64,000 bases of DNA from Neoconidiobolus thromboides FSU 785 (taxonomy: Eukaryota; Fungi; Entomophthoromycota): contig MU626337.1 in NCBI GenBank assembly GCA_025603075.1, positions 27,689-91,688 on the forward strand. The letters run 5' to 3'. Numbering within the stretch: the stretch's first letter is position 1; each line of letters starts with the position of its first letter. A model generated the notes under the pieces. It was given only the letters and a program-made list of their open reading frames with translations. It ran no database searches and was not told the DNA's origin. Shown one piece after another: positions 26,283-40,322 of the stretch. The position numbers and the translations under genes are program-made.

Positions 26283-28031
26283 CTAATTCTTCCCTACCTT
26301 AACCCTTTTCTTATCCTTTTTCACCTCCTCCAAAATCAACCGTGCTATGTTTTTTGCTGCTACTGTTTCTACTTCCATACAAGAAATCGCTGGCTCCATT
26401 GCATTTAAATAGTATAGCCCACTCTCTACTTTAATTTTTGGAAACAACAAATCTTCCCCATTCCCTTTTTTTAATATTTTCATTTTAGGATAAGCTAGCC
26501 AAGGTTGATGAGTGATCTTTTCTTTACTGATTTTGTTTTTCAATAATGTATTCAAATAATCTTCTGGTAATTTTTGGTTAGCAGAAATAGTAACTATTTG
26601 ATCTTGAGTATTTTGAGAGATAACGGTGTAGGGCAGAGTCTTATTATAACCAAAAATAAGTGAAGGTACAGCTTCCGTTTCTTTTAAATTAAAAAATATC
26701 GGATTTAAGGTATTTTCTTCAATAATATATTCATGTACTGGTTGATATTGTACCTCTTCAGATGGCCAATTTAGCTTATTAAATTTGATTTGACTTTGAT
26801 GATAAGGTGTAGCTATTATTACATAATCATATACTTTATCTGAAGCTAAGCCATTAATATCAAGAGTATATCGAGCCTTGGATTTATCTTTTTTGTTACG
26901 AATTTTATGTATTTGAGTGATGGCTGAATTAAGATGTAAATTAGCAAAGCTATGGGCCACATATTGCTGGAAAATTTCTTGATTACCCTTGATGGTGGTG
27001 TACGCTCCATCCACTACATATAAGTAAGAAAAAAAATTATTTCATTACTATTGCATTCAATTGAACTTACCTCCAATAAGTGCAATAGCGCCCGCCAAAG
27101 CATGTAACTCATTATCAATCGTATAAATATTTCTTGAAATAGCTTGTAGCATTTCATCAGTAAACATTTCTCCAGCTCTCCACTCATTGATTAACACTTC
27201 CCTAGTCGTCTTCTTTGCATACTCCAAAATTTCTAATCTCTGAAATAATTCTTCTACAGTATTGAAAGTTGGAAAATCCGATTGATATAATTTTAAAAAT
27301 TTAGCCTTTATAGTGTTAGCAAACTTACTGGCTTGGTAGAATCCCCAACCGTATCGGTAATAAAATTGTGCTTTGTTGTAATAACTGGAGTCTAATTTGG
27401 ACACAAATTGTTGTCCATTGTATAAACCAAAGTCACCTTCACCACGAGCAGTGTCTGAATAAGCAATGTCGAAATCTTGGGTTGCGTTCTAAATAATGGG
27501 TTAAGGTGATTACTAAATAAATATTTAAAATCATTATGAAAACAGATATTTACCATAATATTATAATTCACACTAATAAATAAATAGTCTATTAATATTT
27601 TATCCAGAAAATTACAAAAAAACTTACTTAACAAATACACCACCTCCTAATTCAAATTTGTTCTCTTTTTCTAAAGTTAAAGACTTAATTCGTCCACCTA
27701 CACGGGGACTTTTTTCAAACAAATCAATCTCAAATGGTAATCGATGGAGTTCATCAATGGCTAATTTACCAAGATAATAGCTTAAACTACTTCCACCTGC
27801 ACCAGCTCCAATACTATATAAATGAAGCAAAAAGTTAGTAACATGTAGTTCTAATGGGAAAGAAAGGGAAAGGATAAATGGTTTAATGGAATTTTAAAAA
27901 AACACTTACATAGCTACTTTAATTAAATTATTGTTGTTATCTTTTTCCTTAGTAAAAGACTTTTGTCGTTTGCAAGTAACAAAAGTTATAAGAGTAAAAA
28001 TAATTGATAAATAAAAATTATCGAGCTTCAT
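26283..28031 (-). CDS. PCYOX1: Prenylcysteine oxidase/lyase (FAD-dependent), multi-exon, N-terminal signal peptide
   Basis: ATG at 28031; spliced VAI|IGAGAGG Rossmann motif, FEKSPRVGGR, ELGG; C-terminal WLAYPK...LYYLNAMEPAISCMEVETVAAKNIARLI typical of the family. Confidence 0.88.
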
Positions 28032-29347
28032 TATACTAGATTGAAAAACTTTTAAATAAAAAAGATAAAGATTAATTTCTTTGTTTTGGGTTGAAATAGT
28101 TGAGCATTTTTTTTACAAAATTGATTAATTTAGTTCATTAGTGACATCACCCCATTTATGCTATAGGTTTAAGAATAATATGAAAGAGATTTGTATTAAC
28201 ATTTATTTTATTGAGAGTTTTTTTGATAAACGAAATAGACGAAAGTAGAAATGTGGTAGTAATATATATAGATTTGAAATAGGTCATACAAGTTGTTGTT
28301 TCTACATAATAGTTTGTAGTTATTATTCTATAGAAACTAAAAATTCATGAGCTTATCTAAAAGCTTTTATTTCCACCCTTAATCAGTCTTTAACTTAGTA
28401 ATTAGAACTTCAATTTAGCCAAAATAGAAAAGTGGAATTTAAAAGCAGAATTCTCAAAACCCAAAACATAAAATTTAAAAAAAAATACTATACAAAAGAT
28501 ACCATATCAATATTACTCTAATAGCTTGAAAAAAATTCTAAAAAATATAATAACATTTTTTTAATCTCTTAAATCCTTTTTAATCAAACTTGCGAATCTG
28601 CTCAAATTTATTACCTTTTTTGAAAAACTAGAGAAATGGGTATTTGGATTGAAATGTGAGCGATTAACCACATACAGATTTTATAACTCTCTTTTAATTT
28701 ATTTGATGATAATTTTTACAATCAATATGCTTATATGTTCAATTTTCTATAGCTCAATTCCTACATCTTTGCTAGATTTTAGTCTAATTTTTTTCTTAAA
28801 AGAACAATTAATAAAGTTGTAAAAGAATTACAATAGTTCTAATAACCAGACTATAGAATTGGGCAACACTATGATGTCCTAATAGGCTAATTTTTATTAT
28901 GTTGTTTATATTGGGGCTATAATAAGTACTTATATAAAGAATATTATTCAGAGTTGAAAAGTTGGATGTTTTTGAGGTTGAGTATACAGTAGTAAAAAAA
29001 GATAGCCAATGTTATATTCGAATGTTTTTATGAGTATCAAATAAAAAGAAGTATCTTTAAAAAAGTAATTGAGTTTTAAATAGTTAATAACTCTAGCAAT
29101 CTACTTTCAACTAACATTCTATAAGTGTTTTGCTTTATTACTGCTTTTTATATAAATGCAAGGAATATTAAATTCAAATATTAGTTTGATATTAAATAAA
29201 TTTCATACTTCAAACAGCATTTTATAAAATGTTAAAGTTACATTAAATAAATATTCCTAAAACCGTCAATATTCAAAAATGAATAGGATATATATTATTT
29301 TATATTACTTTTGAAGTTTATAAAATATTGAAACCTTTTCTAGATAT

Positions 29348-29445
29348 GGGGATGTACTTTTATATTTAAAAATTTTACAACAATTTTTCCGCATAAATAG
29401 TACTTAAGAAATGGAAAAAGTGACGAAACCAAAAAAAATACCATT
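29348..29445 (+). mobile_element. MITE copy 8
   Basis: Full-length; flanks ATAT/ATAT. Confidence 0.85.
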
Positions 29446-31219
29446 ATATATTAAAATAAATAGATTAATAGGCATTTTACTATGAAAATAATAATAAACT
29501 CTTTTTTTTATAAAAAGTATCCTAAATACACCCCTTTGAAAATGTATAAAATCCTGAGTTGGCAATTTTACAAGCAAAATTTCTAAAATATTAACAATTT
29601 TTAACATTTTGTTAAAAATTTTGCTTGCAAATGTTCAATCTCAGTGTTTGAAACGTTTTTGAAGAGATGTATTATGTTAATGAGTATTTTACTCGAATTC
29701 AAATAACATAATTAATAGATGATATGCTTTTTGAACCAACTTGGATATCCAAAAAAAAAATTTGAACAAATAGTTGAAAAATTTTCTTGATAACAACTTG
29801 ATTCAAAATTAAACAAACAAACTGTTATGATAAAAATTATCAAAGTCTTTTCTTCACCCTAACTAATTGATTTTCCCTATAATGTTTTTTTTAAATCAAA
29901 TTGAAAAAATATTCTTACAGCTTAAGCTTGGTCAAATTTATTTGGAGCTTTAAATTTTTTCGAATCAAGCTATAAAAGTCAAATATTTTTACTGTGGTAA
30001 CGTCAATTATAAAGCAGGAAGGGTAAAGGAATGAAGTTATTAAAGTATAGATAACAAATAAATTCAAAAGTCCCAGCTTCAGATAGAATAATATTTTGTT
30101 TTCCGTTTTACATTTTGTGAAATATCGCTTTCTCAGTCTCATGGTTAATTATAGCATAACAATCGCCTAAGCTGTTGTGTTCTCGAGCTCAGAGAAAATC
30201 AATCCCATGTTCTTAGTTTGATTTGATATGAGGATTTCTATCTTCGTCTCAAAGAATATTCTCCCCTCGTTTTGACATTTATACTTATCGGAGTATAAAA
30301 GAGATTCTAAAACATAATAACTCGAGACTTTTTAACTGAATTATTCCCTAATATCTCAAACATTTAATAAAGCCACTAAGTTTTCTTAATAGTGTTTTAC
30401 GTAGATTTTACATTAGTATTGTCTATTCTATTTGTCTTATATAGCTTGTAACCTATCACGTGCTATTCCCCATAATCCAAGGCTATCTTAGTCACATAAA
30501 CTAAGACCTTTCGACTTATAGTGTAGTCAACCCAGTAATAGCTGTTCTTGACTCCAAACCCTGAGTACCAGATTTCACAATTTTCATTATATTGAATTAA
30601 CTAAGCTTAGAACAAAGCGGTCTCAGTAAAAGCAAAAGGAGAGATATCATTAATTGATACTTTAATAGAATTAGATGTAAATAGCTCAAAAGCTGGTCAA
30701 AAAGGGAAAGAGCTGGAGAAAAATCAAATAGAAAAATAAAACTTAAGAGAATTAGAAAGTGTTATAAAATAAGCTGTATGGTTCTATTACATTATTATAT
30801 ACTTCAGTACAATCAAGTCAGTTAAAAAAAATATTAATAGAATTTTTAACTATATTTTATAATAAAACAGCTGTTGATGTATAGCATTTTGTTTTTTAAT
30901 TTAGATTGATTTTTACTTTGGTCTTTTTTAATTTTTTTAATATTTAGTTTTATAATTGAAAAATAAATTTACAAAATTTATTTAAATTTGCAGAGTCCAA
31001 ATTAAAATAGATAGTTCGTATCATATATTAACTTTAAATATTTTTATTAATATTTGTCTATATAATTTTGACAATTCAATTAATAATTGACTCGAAATAC
31101 ACCATACTCATAATAAAATAGTTGTACTTATATTATTGTGAGCTTCATAAAAAATTAAAATTGTCATGATTAAATATTTTGACTTAGAGTTAAATGTTCA
31201 AATTTTTGATAAAAAATAT

Positions 31220-31316
31220 GGGCATGTATTTTTGTATTCAAGATTTTTAATAACAATTTTTCCACTTGAATAGCGCTTAAAAGATGGAAAAGTAATGAAG
31301 CCAAAAAAGATACCCC
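31220..31316 (+). mobile_element. MITE copy 9
   Basis: Full-length; target duplication ATAT/ATAT. Confidence 0.9.
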
Positions 31317-31490
31317 ATATAGTATTGAACCAAATACATTGCATTAAGGTTATATTTAACTATGTATTCTAAGTGCTACAATCGGATTTAAACAAAAAGC
31401 GTACAAAACATTATAATAAGTACTTCATAGATAGAATAATCAGCATAACACCACATCAATGAATTTATTTTTGGCTTCGATTTAATATAT

Positions 31491-31583
31491 GGGAGTGTTT
31501 TTTTTGACTTCATTATTTTTTCCATTTTTAAGCGCTATAAGCAGAAAAGTTAGTAAAATTCTTAAATACAAAAATACATCCCC
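31491..31583 (-). mobile_element. MITE copy 10
   Basis: Full-length, reverse orientation; target duplication ATAT/ATAT. Confidence 0.9.
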
Positions 31584-32749
31584 ATATATAGTTAATAAGT
31601 TCCAGGAATTTCCTTTTAAAATTTTATCAAAAGTTTGAAGTTTGAATATGATCATATTTCTAGACTTTTACTCCGCTCGTTTAAATTATAAGAAAACGTT
31701 TAGATAACTGTTTATAAATTGCCTTAATTTATCTAGCTACCGCTAGTTCATCACCGACATTATATTTAATCTGTAATAGAGAATGCTTAACATTATTTAA
31801 ACTTTTGCTTAACTTTAAATCATAGATGTTTTTCATTTCTAACAATTTTTGCCCTTGCTACTAGTTTTGTATATTAAAATTAAGTGAATCAAAACAATTC
31901 ATTTAAATTAGTCTCATTACTAGTATAGTAGCATATATCTCGTGTCATTGTTATTGACACCTTTACATTCGACGGCTAATATGGTTAATAGATCATGAAT
32001 TATATTGTAACAACTTATAAAACTTATTATTATTTAATCCCAGAAATCAAAAATTAATTAATTAATATTGACATCAAAGTTCATATAATCGAAGCTTATG
32101 AATTATAACAATTAATTGACCGCAAGAAGGGAACCCTATAAGGTATTGATATATGGCAACTAAATTCATTTTTATTACTTAAAAGAAAGTAATTTATTAA
32201 TTATTAAGTTTTGTTACAACTATTGATAAATTTTAATAGAAGGAAATTTTTGTTAATATAGGTGTTATAAAGAAAATTTTTTAGAACTCAGATTTTTAAA
32301 ATTTAGGTATAAAAGGAAAACTGTCTAACTGAGTAATAAATTGGCTTAAAGAACGTGATTTCTAGGTTATCGCTTCATAGCTTGGAACCATATTTTTATT
32401 CAACTTACCTTTGATTTGATGCTAATTATAACTCCTAAATTTAACCAACCATCAAGATCTTTAAATTCCGTTTTGCCCAATCATGCATTGTTTTTAGGGT
32501 ATTAGAATTACCCCAAACTGAGTAAATGAAGAGGAACTCAAAGTTTGACTTTGTGTAGAATTAGGCTTTTAAATTATAAAATTTCTTCATTTCATAATAA
32601 ACAATTCATCTTTTTTATTTATATTAGAGATCTATCTATCATCTACCAATATAATAAAATCAATATATAAATTTAGGTCTCCACAATTTAAAATTGACTA
32701 TTAATCTCAACTCAAGCTTGCTCTTTATAATAAGAGTTATCGAGTTAAC

Positions 32750-34114
32750 ATGTCTTTACTTAATAAATTTGTAAGCCTTTTTCTATTACCAAAATGTTAA
32801 TATTAACAACAATTAGAATTCTTTATCTAAATGGGTAAAATTATCAATAATATCCTCTTTTTTGCAAATATTAGTTATTTGCAGTTTGGAAGGAGTAATA
32901 TTTGAGTTCGTTTATCGTTATACAAGTACAATTCCAGCTTCCCCTTCAAATAGTGAAGGAGATAGTGAAAGAAAACAGGCAGAGAGAAACTTTAAGGCTT
33001 TACCTACTTACTTTAGTTTATTTTTATTCGCACAATTCTTTCAATTCATACTATGTGTTGATGCTGTAAGTTCTTATTAATTTTGTGATATTTTCTAATC
33101 ATTCTTTTAGGCACTATATCAAAATACAATCCAAATTTCAATGTTAGCACTGTTTAATTTCTTACTTTTATTTTATGCATGTACCCAATTATACCAAACA
33201 ACTAGTTTAAAAGAGAATATTAAGATGATACTACAACAAAAATTAGATGAGCTACCGAGTACAGCCACAATCATCAATTTGGAAATAAGTATAATAGTCA
33301 TTTTAGTATTATTTGCAACCTCATTTGCTTTTGTTGCTTATAAACTTTATCAAGAATATGGATGGAATTTATACAAACGTATTGGGGCTGATTTACAATT
33401 GAAAAGTAAATATACATCAATAATAATATGATAAATGATAACATTTGGTTAGGAATGTTTATGGTCTACCACGTTTTTGTAATGATATTAAAATTTGATA
33501 TTTTATTTTTTATATCATTTTCAACACAGTATCTCGTACTCGTTATTTACCCTGATAAGAACCTTTCATCTGATTTTATAGTACATCTCACTGTTTCATT
33601 AGCTATTTGTATTGTATTGTCCTCTCTTGCATTTTGGTCGGTAAGTATAAGTAAACTATTTTTTAAATTAGTACTAAAAGTGATACTTAGGTACGTACCG
33701 AAAGTAAATATGGAATAGCTGCATTTGCAGTTGGATGTATAGGGGTTTTGGGATACTTTATTAGTAAGTTATATGATATTTATCTAAAAGAAAACGAATC
33801 AGAGCGTGCGAGGAGGTTTGGATCATCCAAGATAACTCTAACTGTATTTATAACTTTTTGTATATTATTTTCAATAGTAATTTTATTTAATTACAATTTC
33901 ATCAAATAGTAACAATTTTTTAGCTGACGGTAATTGGTTCTATATTTTGCTATCGTAATTTCGGCCGTGGACTCAAAGATATAAGTAATAAATTTTTAAT
34001 ATTTATTTTTATACATATTTATTTTTGAGTTTAGTTAATAACAATCATCATGGCAAACTACTTCCAGATGAAAGAGCAAATACACGTAGTAATTCTAGAT
34101 GGTCTTTAGATTAG
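32750..34114 (+). CDS. UPF0658-like multi-pass membrane protein, multi-exon
   Basis: Exon 1 MSLLNKF (32750-32770) splices to 32817 (NSLSKWVKL...). Motifs DA-LY-QNTIQ, YQEYGWNLYKRIGADLQLK and ILKFDILFFISFSTQYL. Stop at 34112-34114. Confidence 0.75.
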
Positions 34115-34877
34115 AAAGCTCCAAAATTTCAATTGAGTATTAGAATGCATAAATATTCAGATGGGACTTATTTTTAATATACACAACTAATTTATATAAG
34201 TGAGGTTATGGAACAGTAATACTCGAATTTAGTTTGCTATTTATTGTTGATATTATTTTTTAAATTCTTAAATAGTGGGAAACATTAATCAAATACATTT
34301 TTTTATAATAAAGTAGTTTAAATAATAGTAATTACAGTATTTTAGTTTTAGTTTTAAATTCAATATAATGTTGTTAAGTAAAATGTACTTTTTATAGATA
34401 TTAGTTGTATTTGAAATAATTAAATAATATTATCATAAAATCATAATAAATTATTAATAAGAATGAAAAAAGATAACCAATAACTAATAACGTCCTTTTT
34501 GACCTATCATCCCCTCCTGATCTTGATAATTTCATCTCTATTAACTGGATTAAACATGAAGCCTCAATGATCTTTAAACTCAAGGAATAGTTAAATATAA
34601 CATAAAATTAAACCTGATTTTACCATGAATCAATGTTAAATATAGTCTAAATTTAAAATTTTATTGCTTATTAAATTGTTCAATAATTAAAAATGATGAA
34701 TCATCCTATTTTATTCAAGTTTCAGTTATTTCAGGCATGATAAAAATATAATACAATTTTAATATACTTTATTTCTATATTGTTTCTATATTGTTTTAGC
34801 TTTATTATAAAAAACTCTAATGAGTTTCTCATTTTATGTTATACTTTTTTACTGACTATCGTTTGAAAATAAAAAAC

Positions 34878-35882
34878 TTAATCATCTGATTCATTTTCGT
34901 CTAACTCATTCTCTTCTGATTCATCTTCATCAGAGCCACTTTCTTCCGATTTACTTTCATTTGACTCGTTATCTTCCGATTCATTATCTTCTGATTCATC
35001 ATCTTCTTGGTCAGTTTCTTCATCTTTACCAAAGAAACTATCATTATTAATATTACCTTTGGGTTCTTCAGTTTCTAATAATCTCGTTTAAATTTTATCT
35101 TATAACAATTCAATGATTTTACCTTTAATAGAATCAGTAGTAATATCATCTTTTTTAGAAAATGTGGTGCTATTAGCTGCTTTTTTGGGAAGTTTTCCTT
35201 CCAAAACTTGTAATTTAATTTGCTCTCGAATCTCTGTTTTTCTAATATCTGACTTTGTCCCAGATTGATCTTCAGCTGCATTATTTGGATATAAAGAAAT
35301 GTATTTTTCAGTCATAGGGAAGTGCTAAGATGATAAGACTTTGATTCTAAAAAGATAACTAAAAACTTACTAAAATATAGTTCAAGTCAACATTAGCTTC
35401 AAGTAATTCTAACTCTAATGATCCTTTTTTATCATCATCATCTATTTCCATTAATTCTTTTTCTATCTTTTTGATTTTCCTTTCTACTTTCTTCTTTTCA
35501 AAGAACATTACCATCTTATATTTATCTCTGTTTTCTTTGAGCTTCTTTTCTAACTCGCTTTCTTCTATTTGAATTTGTAATGCTTTGAGTTTACGTTCCA
35601 TTTCCACTTTGACTTGGGTACTCAAGTTAGGCTGAATATTGATATTAATTCAAAATGAAAAGAAAAATTAAGTACCTTTTTTAAAAGTCGAATGGTATCT
35701 CTTAAACTCTTTTTGAGGTTTTTAGCCTTAGTAACAGCTTCGGTATTTTCACCATTTAGTTTTTTGAATGATTGATGCTTTGGTTTTGAATCTGCTTCAT
35801 CCTTTTGTTCAACTTGTGGCTTTTTTCTCTTAGCTATTGGGGTCCTGTTAGCATTGCTATTATCTATTCTTTTATTTACCAT
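34878..35882 (-). CDS. EFG1: rRNA-processing protein Efg1, 3 exons, acidic tail
   Basis: KYKMVMFFEKKKVERKIKKI, DLNY...FP-TEKYISLYP and a C-terminal D/E-rich tail ending at TAA 34878-34880. Confidence 0.9.
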
Positions 35883-36286
35883 TTTAAAACTGAATCGAAT
35901 TTAGTTAAAAAATAATTGTAATAGAAGTTTCGAAAATTAGAGTTTACAATTTTATATAAAAATTAACACAATGCTTTTGCATGAAACATTAGCTTTTCCA
36001 GGATGTATATGTTTTACAAGTTAACTCATTTTTAAAAGACAATAAATTATTTATAAGTTTTAACAAGATACTCGTAATATTCATATATAAGCTCTATTGG
36101 TTCATATATCTAATATAAACTCTAAATGTCTTTATCTCAAATCAAATAACTATTAGCACTTATCCAGTATATTTTTCAGAATAACTTGAAGTTATAAAGG
36201 GTATGAACTTCAAGAACGTTATTTCAAATTGATATATAATATACACTACCAAAGCTTTATTATTTTTTAATTACTTTTTAAAGTAT

Positions 36287-36383
36287 GGATGAGTAGTTTT
36301 TTTGTCTCATCACTTTTTCCTTTTAAACACTGTTTGAGTAGAAAAACTACTAGTAAAATTCTTGAACAAAAAAATACATCTCT
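36287..36383 (-). mobile_element. MITE copy 11
   Basis: Diverged full-length copy; flanks GTAT/ATAT. Confidence 0.78.
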
Positions 36384-36680
36384 ATATTTAATTGTTTATT
36401 GTTATAATATTCAAATTTTAATTCCACCCAAAAATTTTACAAAAGAAATGGTTCAAAACCTTAAAAAAATCATGAAGATCTGAAAGAGAAAAAAAAGCCA
36501 AAATTAGAAGTGTATGTGAAAATCAAAGCAATAGACTAACTAAAAATAATAAAGAGTGATCAACTAAAGAATGACTTAAAGGTAGATCAATATTCTAAAA
36601 TATGAACATTTTTCTGAGCTAACCCTTATCTTATTTTTTTCTATTTAGGTTGACCCTATTCCTTATATTACTTTAAAATT

Positions 36681-37391
36681 ATGAAGTTAAATAATTTCTT
36701 CTTATTTTTATTTACCACTGTAGCATTAGCTGGCGTTATTAATCAAGACACTGTTGATAATGAGAATGGGATTGATTTTGCTGATGATGCGTTAATAGAG
36801 CTTAATTCGAATGTGGATTATGGTAAATCGACTGTTGATGTAAAAGACGAAGCAGACGATAAAGCAGTCGCAATATTAGATATATTGAAGCCTGGTATAC
36901 TAGGACCCTTATTATTAGAAGGCAAAAACTTTGATTATGAAAAAATTGGTCTTAGCAAGAAAAACTATTTTATAATGAAAAATGTATTATTGCCTAGATT
37001 AAAGAGTAAAGTAATTAAAGAGGTTAAGAATGAATTGAAGAAAATACGTAAAGGAAAGTCCAGTGCAGAGATCAAGAAGAATTATCGAGATAATATTGAT
37101 CTTATTGCTGGCTCAAACTTGAAGGAGCTTGAGGACAAGACTTTGAAGGATCTAGTTAAGAGGTTCGGGAACAACAAAGAGTACCTTAGTGATATTCCTA
37201 TCCTTATTATTTACCTCAAGGATTTATTTGAAGGTGAAGTGCTTAAGGTAGTCGATGAATTTTTCACTGAATGTAACCAATACAGACCTGATGTAGCTAT
37301 AGTATTGAAAAAGACCATCGATAAAATCCAGAGTAACTTTAGAATTTTCCCTAAGGATTACTACAAATCATTAAAAAATGCTTATCATTGA
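36681..37391 (+). CDS. Secreted hypothetical protein, 236 aa
   Basis: Intronless ORF; signal peptide MKLNNFFLFLFTTVALA; acidic N-part followed by a probably helical domain with one Cys. Confidence 0.85.
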   Translation: MKLNNFFLFLFTTVALAGVINQDTVDNENGIDFADDALIELNSNVDYGKSTVDVKDEADDKAVAILDILKPGILGPLLLEGKNFDYEKIGLSKKNYFIMKNVLLPRLKSKVIKEVKNELKKIRKGKSSAEIKKNYRDNIDLIAGSNLKELEDKTLKDLVKRFGNNKEYLSDIPILIIYLKDLFEGEVLKVVDEFFTECNQYRPDVAIVLKKTIDKIQSNFRIFPKDYYKSLKNAYH

Positions 37392-37553
37392 TTAGATAAG
37401 TAAAATAAATTTTATTGATGATATTTCACAAATTTTGCTAGTTTTGCTTTTGCTTTTTGAACATATTTTACATTTAATAGTATTTAAGACTCCAATCTAT
37501 TTTAAAATAGCCATCATAAGTTAATTTTAAAAATTTGATACAAACTGGGGCAT

Positions 37554-37646
37554 AGGAATGTATTTTTTTAAGAATTTTGTTAACAATTTTTTCATTCAAG
37601 TAGCACTTAAAAAATGGAAAAAGTGATGAAACTAAAAAACACTCCA
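37554..37646 (+). mobile_element. MITE copy 12
   Basis: AGGAATGTATTTTTTT...AAAAAACACTCCA; flanks GCAT/ATAT. Confidence 0.8.
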
Positions 37647-37889
37647 ATATGACACTTTATTCTCACACTTTAAGTATACTATTTTACTTAATATTAACAG
37701 TTGACACCAAATTTATTTAATTTTATATAAAAAACGCTGATAAGAAATAGCAAAAGGAATAAATTTTAATTAGGTATAAATAAGCATTTAGAATCTTAAC
37801 ATTATTGTAAACTAGTTCGCAAGAACAAAATATTTTTAAATTAATAGTTTTTTTAACTAAAAATTGCACTTTTAAATCAAAAAACACTA

Positions 37890-39184
37890 TTAACTAGCTA
37901 TTTTTTCGTTGATAGCTGTAATCCATTTATCTCTTTCAGATTCATCTTTACTAGCTAGCTTATATGTTCTTTTTGATGTCTTGAATTTAAAACAATGTGC
38001 TCTCGATTTAGAGGTTGTTGTAGCTAAAGTTACTTCCGAGATGTCTTTTAATGGGATCATAGCTAATAGCTCATATTCCTAAAAGGTATCTTAGTTTAAT
38101 TTCAAACCTATTTAATTTATCAAATACCCTTTCATCTTTATAGTAGCACAAATTATCTGCTCTTAACACAAACCACCTTTTACGCCAGGCCTAACAAATT
38201 AAGTTAATTTTATAAAACTGGTAGCTATAAGATAAGTTACTCTATATCCTTCACAATGTTTGTATAAAATGCCTTGCATGTAAATTGAATTATCCGTGCT
38301 AGAAGGCATTGCTGATAAATCCAAACCCAAACTATTCATAGGAGGTGAAGAGGATACTCCGACTGGAGTAGTCGGAGAATAATAGCTTTGATCTAAATTA
38401 TTATCGCCTTCTAAATCGGAATAATCGCTAGTTAAATCTAAAGCTTCATGAGGGAAAGGTGTTGAATGGGAAGGATTAGAAGAAAACGATCCAGCTGATA
38501 AATGCTTTGAAGCCCAAGAGCCATCTGAATCTGAGCCACTTTTTTTATGTTCTTTCTTTTCGTTTAATATAGCTATTATATTTGGTTCAGAGAGTGGCAT
38601 TGATTCTCTTGCTTGTAATAATGTTTTAATCCAATCTTTTCTGTCTTCAGAATCATAACATTGGAAATAATATTTCTTTTTTGGTGTTCCGATTATAAAC
38701 ACGTTTTCTCGCTTCTTTTTATTATACTCTTCGATTTTTGATGTACGAAATAAATCAATGCTATTTTGGAGTTCATATTCCTGAATAATTTAGATTAAAA
38801 ACATACTAAAACTTAGATTTAAATTACTTTGTCATCTTTATATATTGACAGTACATGATTTCTTAATACCAACCATCGAGTTTTCCATTGCTATTTTCTT
38901 AGTTAGTTAGTTTAAAATTTAGTTTTATTTATTTACGTTTCTAGCTCGAAATCTTTTTTCAACATAACCAGACTTAAGTGTCCTATTTTCTTCTATTGCT
39001 TGTTGTGAAATAACATGTGTATATGGTTCCATCTCCCGTCCAATATCAGATTCTTCAGTAATATCAAAATTTTGTTCCGTTGGAGTAGTTACTGCTGGTA
39101 ATGGCTTACAGAAACTCTAATTGAAACTTTAACTATAATCTAATAAAACATAAGTAAAATTACCGGCTGAAATTCGGAGTTCAT
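37890..39184 (-). CDS. Tandem PH-domain protein (Opy1-like), multi-exon
   Basis: ATG at 39184 (MNSEFQP|SFCKP...). PH1: KSGYVEK...WKTRWLVLR...YYFQC...DWIKTL. PH2: GILYK...WRKRWFVLR...KWITAINEKIAS*. Confidence 0.85.
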
Positions 39185-40082
39185 AGCGTATAAATTAAAA
39201 TAAATAAAAGTGAATAAAATTAATAATAGAGTTCTATCTAAATTCTTTTGAACTTGACTACATAACCTAATTCATTAAGTTTTATTATTGTTGAATTTTT
39301 CCCCATTTTATAACCCCAATCAGATCGTGGTTTTGACTAGTCATTGACCCAGTTATTTGTGCATTTTTTCAAGTCATTTGCTTTTATGGTTCGAAAACAT
39401 ATGGACTGCAAAATTAGCAATCAGTAGAAAGCTCATTGGTCTGCTATTTTGGTGACCTAAGCAAAATGGTCTATTTAAGTGGATAAGGCTTTTAGAATTA
39501 ATTAAATTAATCATACTTCTATACTTGGAAATATTATTTAACACTCTAGTTTTATTAAGGATTTTTAAGCCTAGAAGGTAGTTTTGATTATGTTTGCTGA
39601 TGTTTTATAATTTAGAAGTTGTTAAATAACTAAAAATTTCTATTATTTTAATATAAGATAATGTCTTTGAGTAAAATAATGCTATCAAAATCCTATTTCT
39701 AACTATAAATAGCCCTTTAATGTCATAAGTGTGATTTATTGAGATATTGATTTATTTATTGAAATCGTTTGGTAACTTTGTATTAATAAAATATGGGCAA
39801 AAATAGGGTAAAAGTTAGTTGTTTTATAAATATTCTAGGATCTTAGTAATATCCGAACCACGAAATATTATATTTAAACATTAATGCTTAGCAAAAAGTT
39901 ATAAAACTTTGTTTTATGATATATGGGAATCCAAGTGAGATACTGCCGATTATTTTTCAAAATTCAATCAATGTTTTTAAATATAATCTAATATCTCAAC
40001 AATGGTAATCAATTGTAAAAAAAAGATAGCTATTCTACAAAAACCGATTATTTTTAGCCAAAAATTACACTATAATTAAAAT

Positions 40083-40144
40083 GAGTTTTTTTTTGAAAAG
40101 TTCCTTAAGAAATAGAAAGTGATGAAACTAAAAAAAATACCCCT
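40083..40144 (+). mobile_element. Internally deleted or partial MITE copy
   Basis: TTAAGAAATAGAAAGTGATGAAACTAAAAAAAATACCCC matches the right half of the consensus. Confidence 0.6.
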
Positions 40145-40224
40145 GCATTTACTTTTCAACTATTTGCCTATTTTTATTTAAAACTATAAAGAAACATAAT
40201 GAACTAGTGGTTGGATAAAAATAT

Positions 40225-40322
40225 GGTAGTGTTTTTTAGTTTCATCACTTTTTCCATTTTTAGGCGCTATTTGAGCGGAAAAATTGTTAGTAAAATTTTT
40301 AAATACAGAAACATATCCTTCT
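40225..40322 (-). mobile_element. MITE copy 13
   Basis: Full-length, reverse orientation; flanks ATAT/ATAT. Confidence 0.85.

Noticed and set aside
29404-29607. Short ORFs overlapping MITEs (also 36289-36483 and 40211-40393)
   Set aside because: They arise from the stop-poor MITE sequence and have no coding signal.
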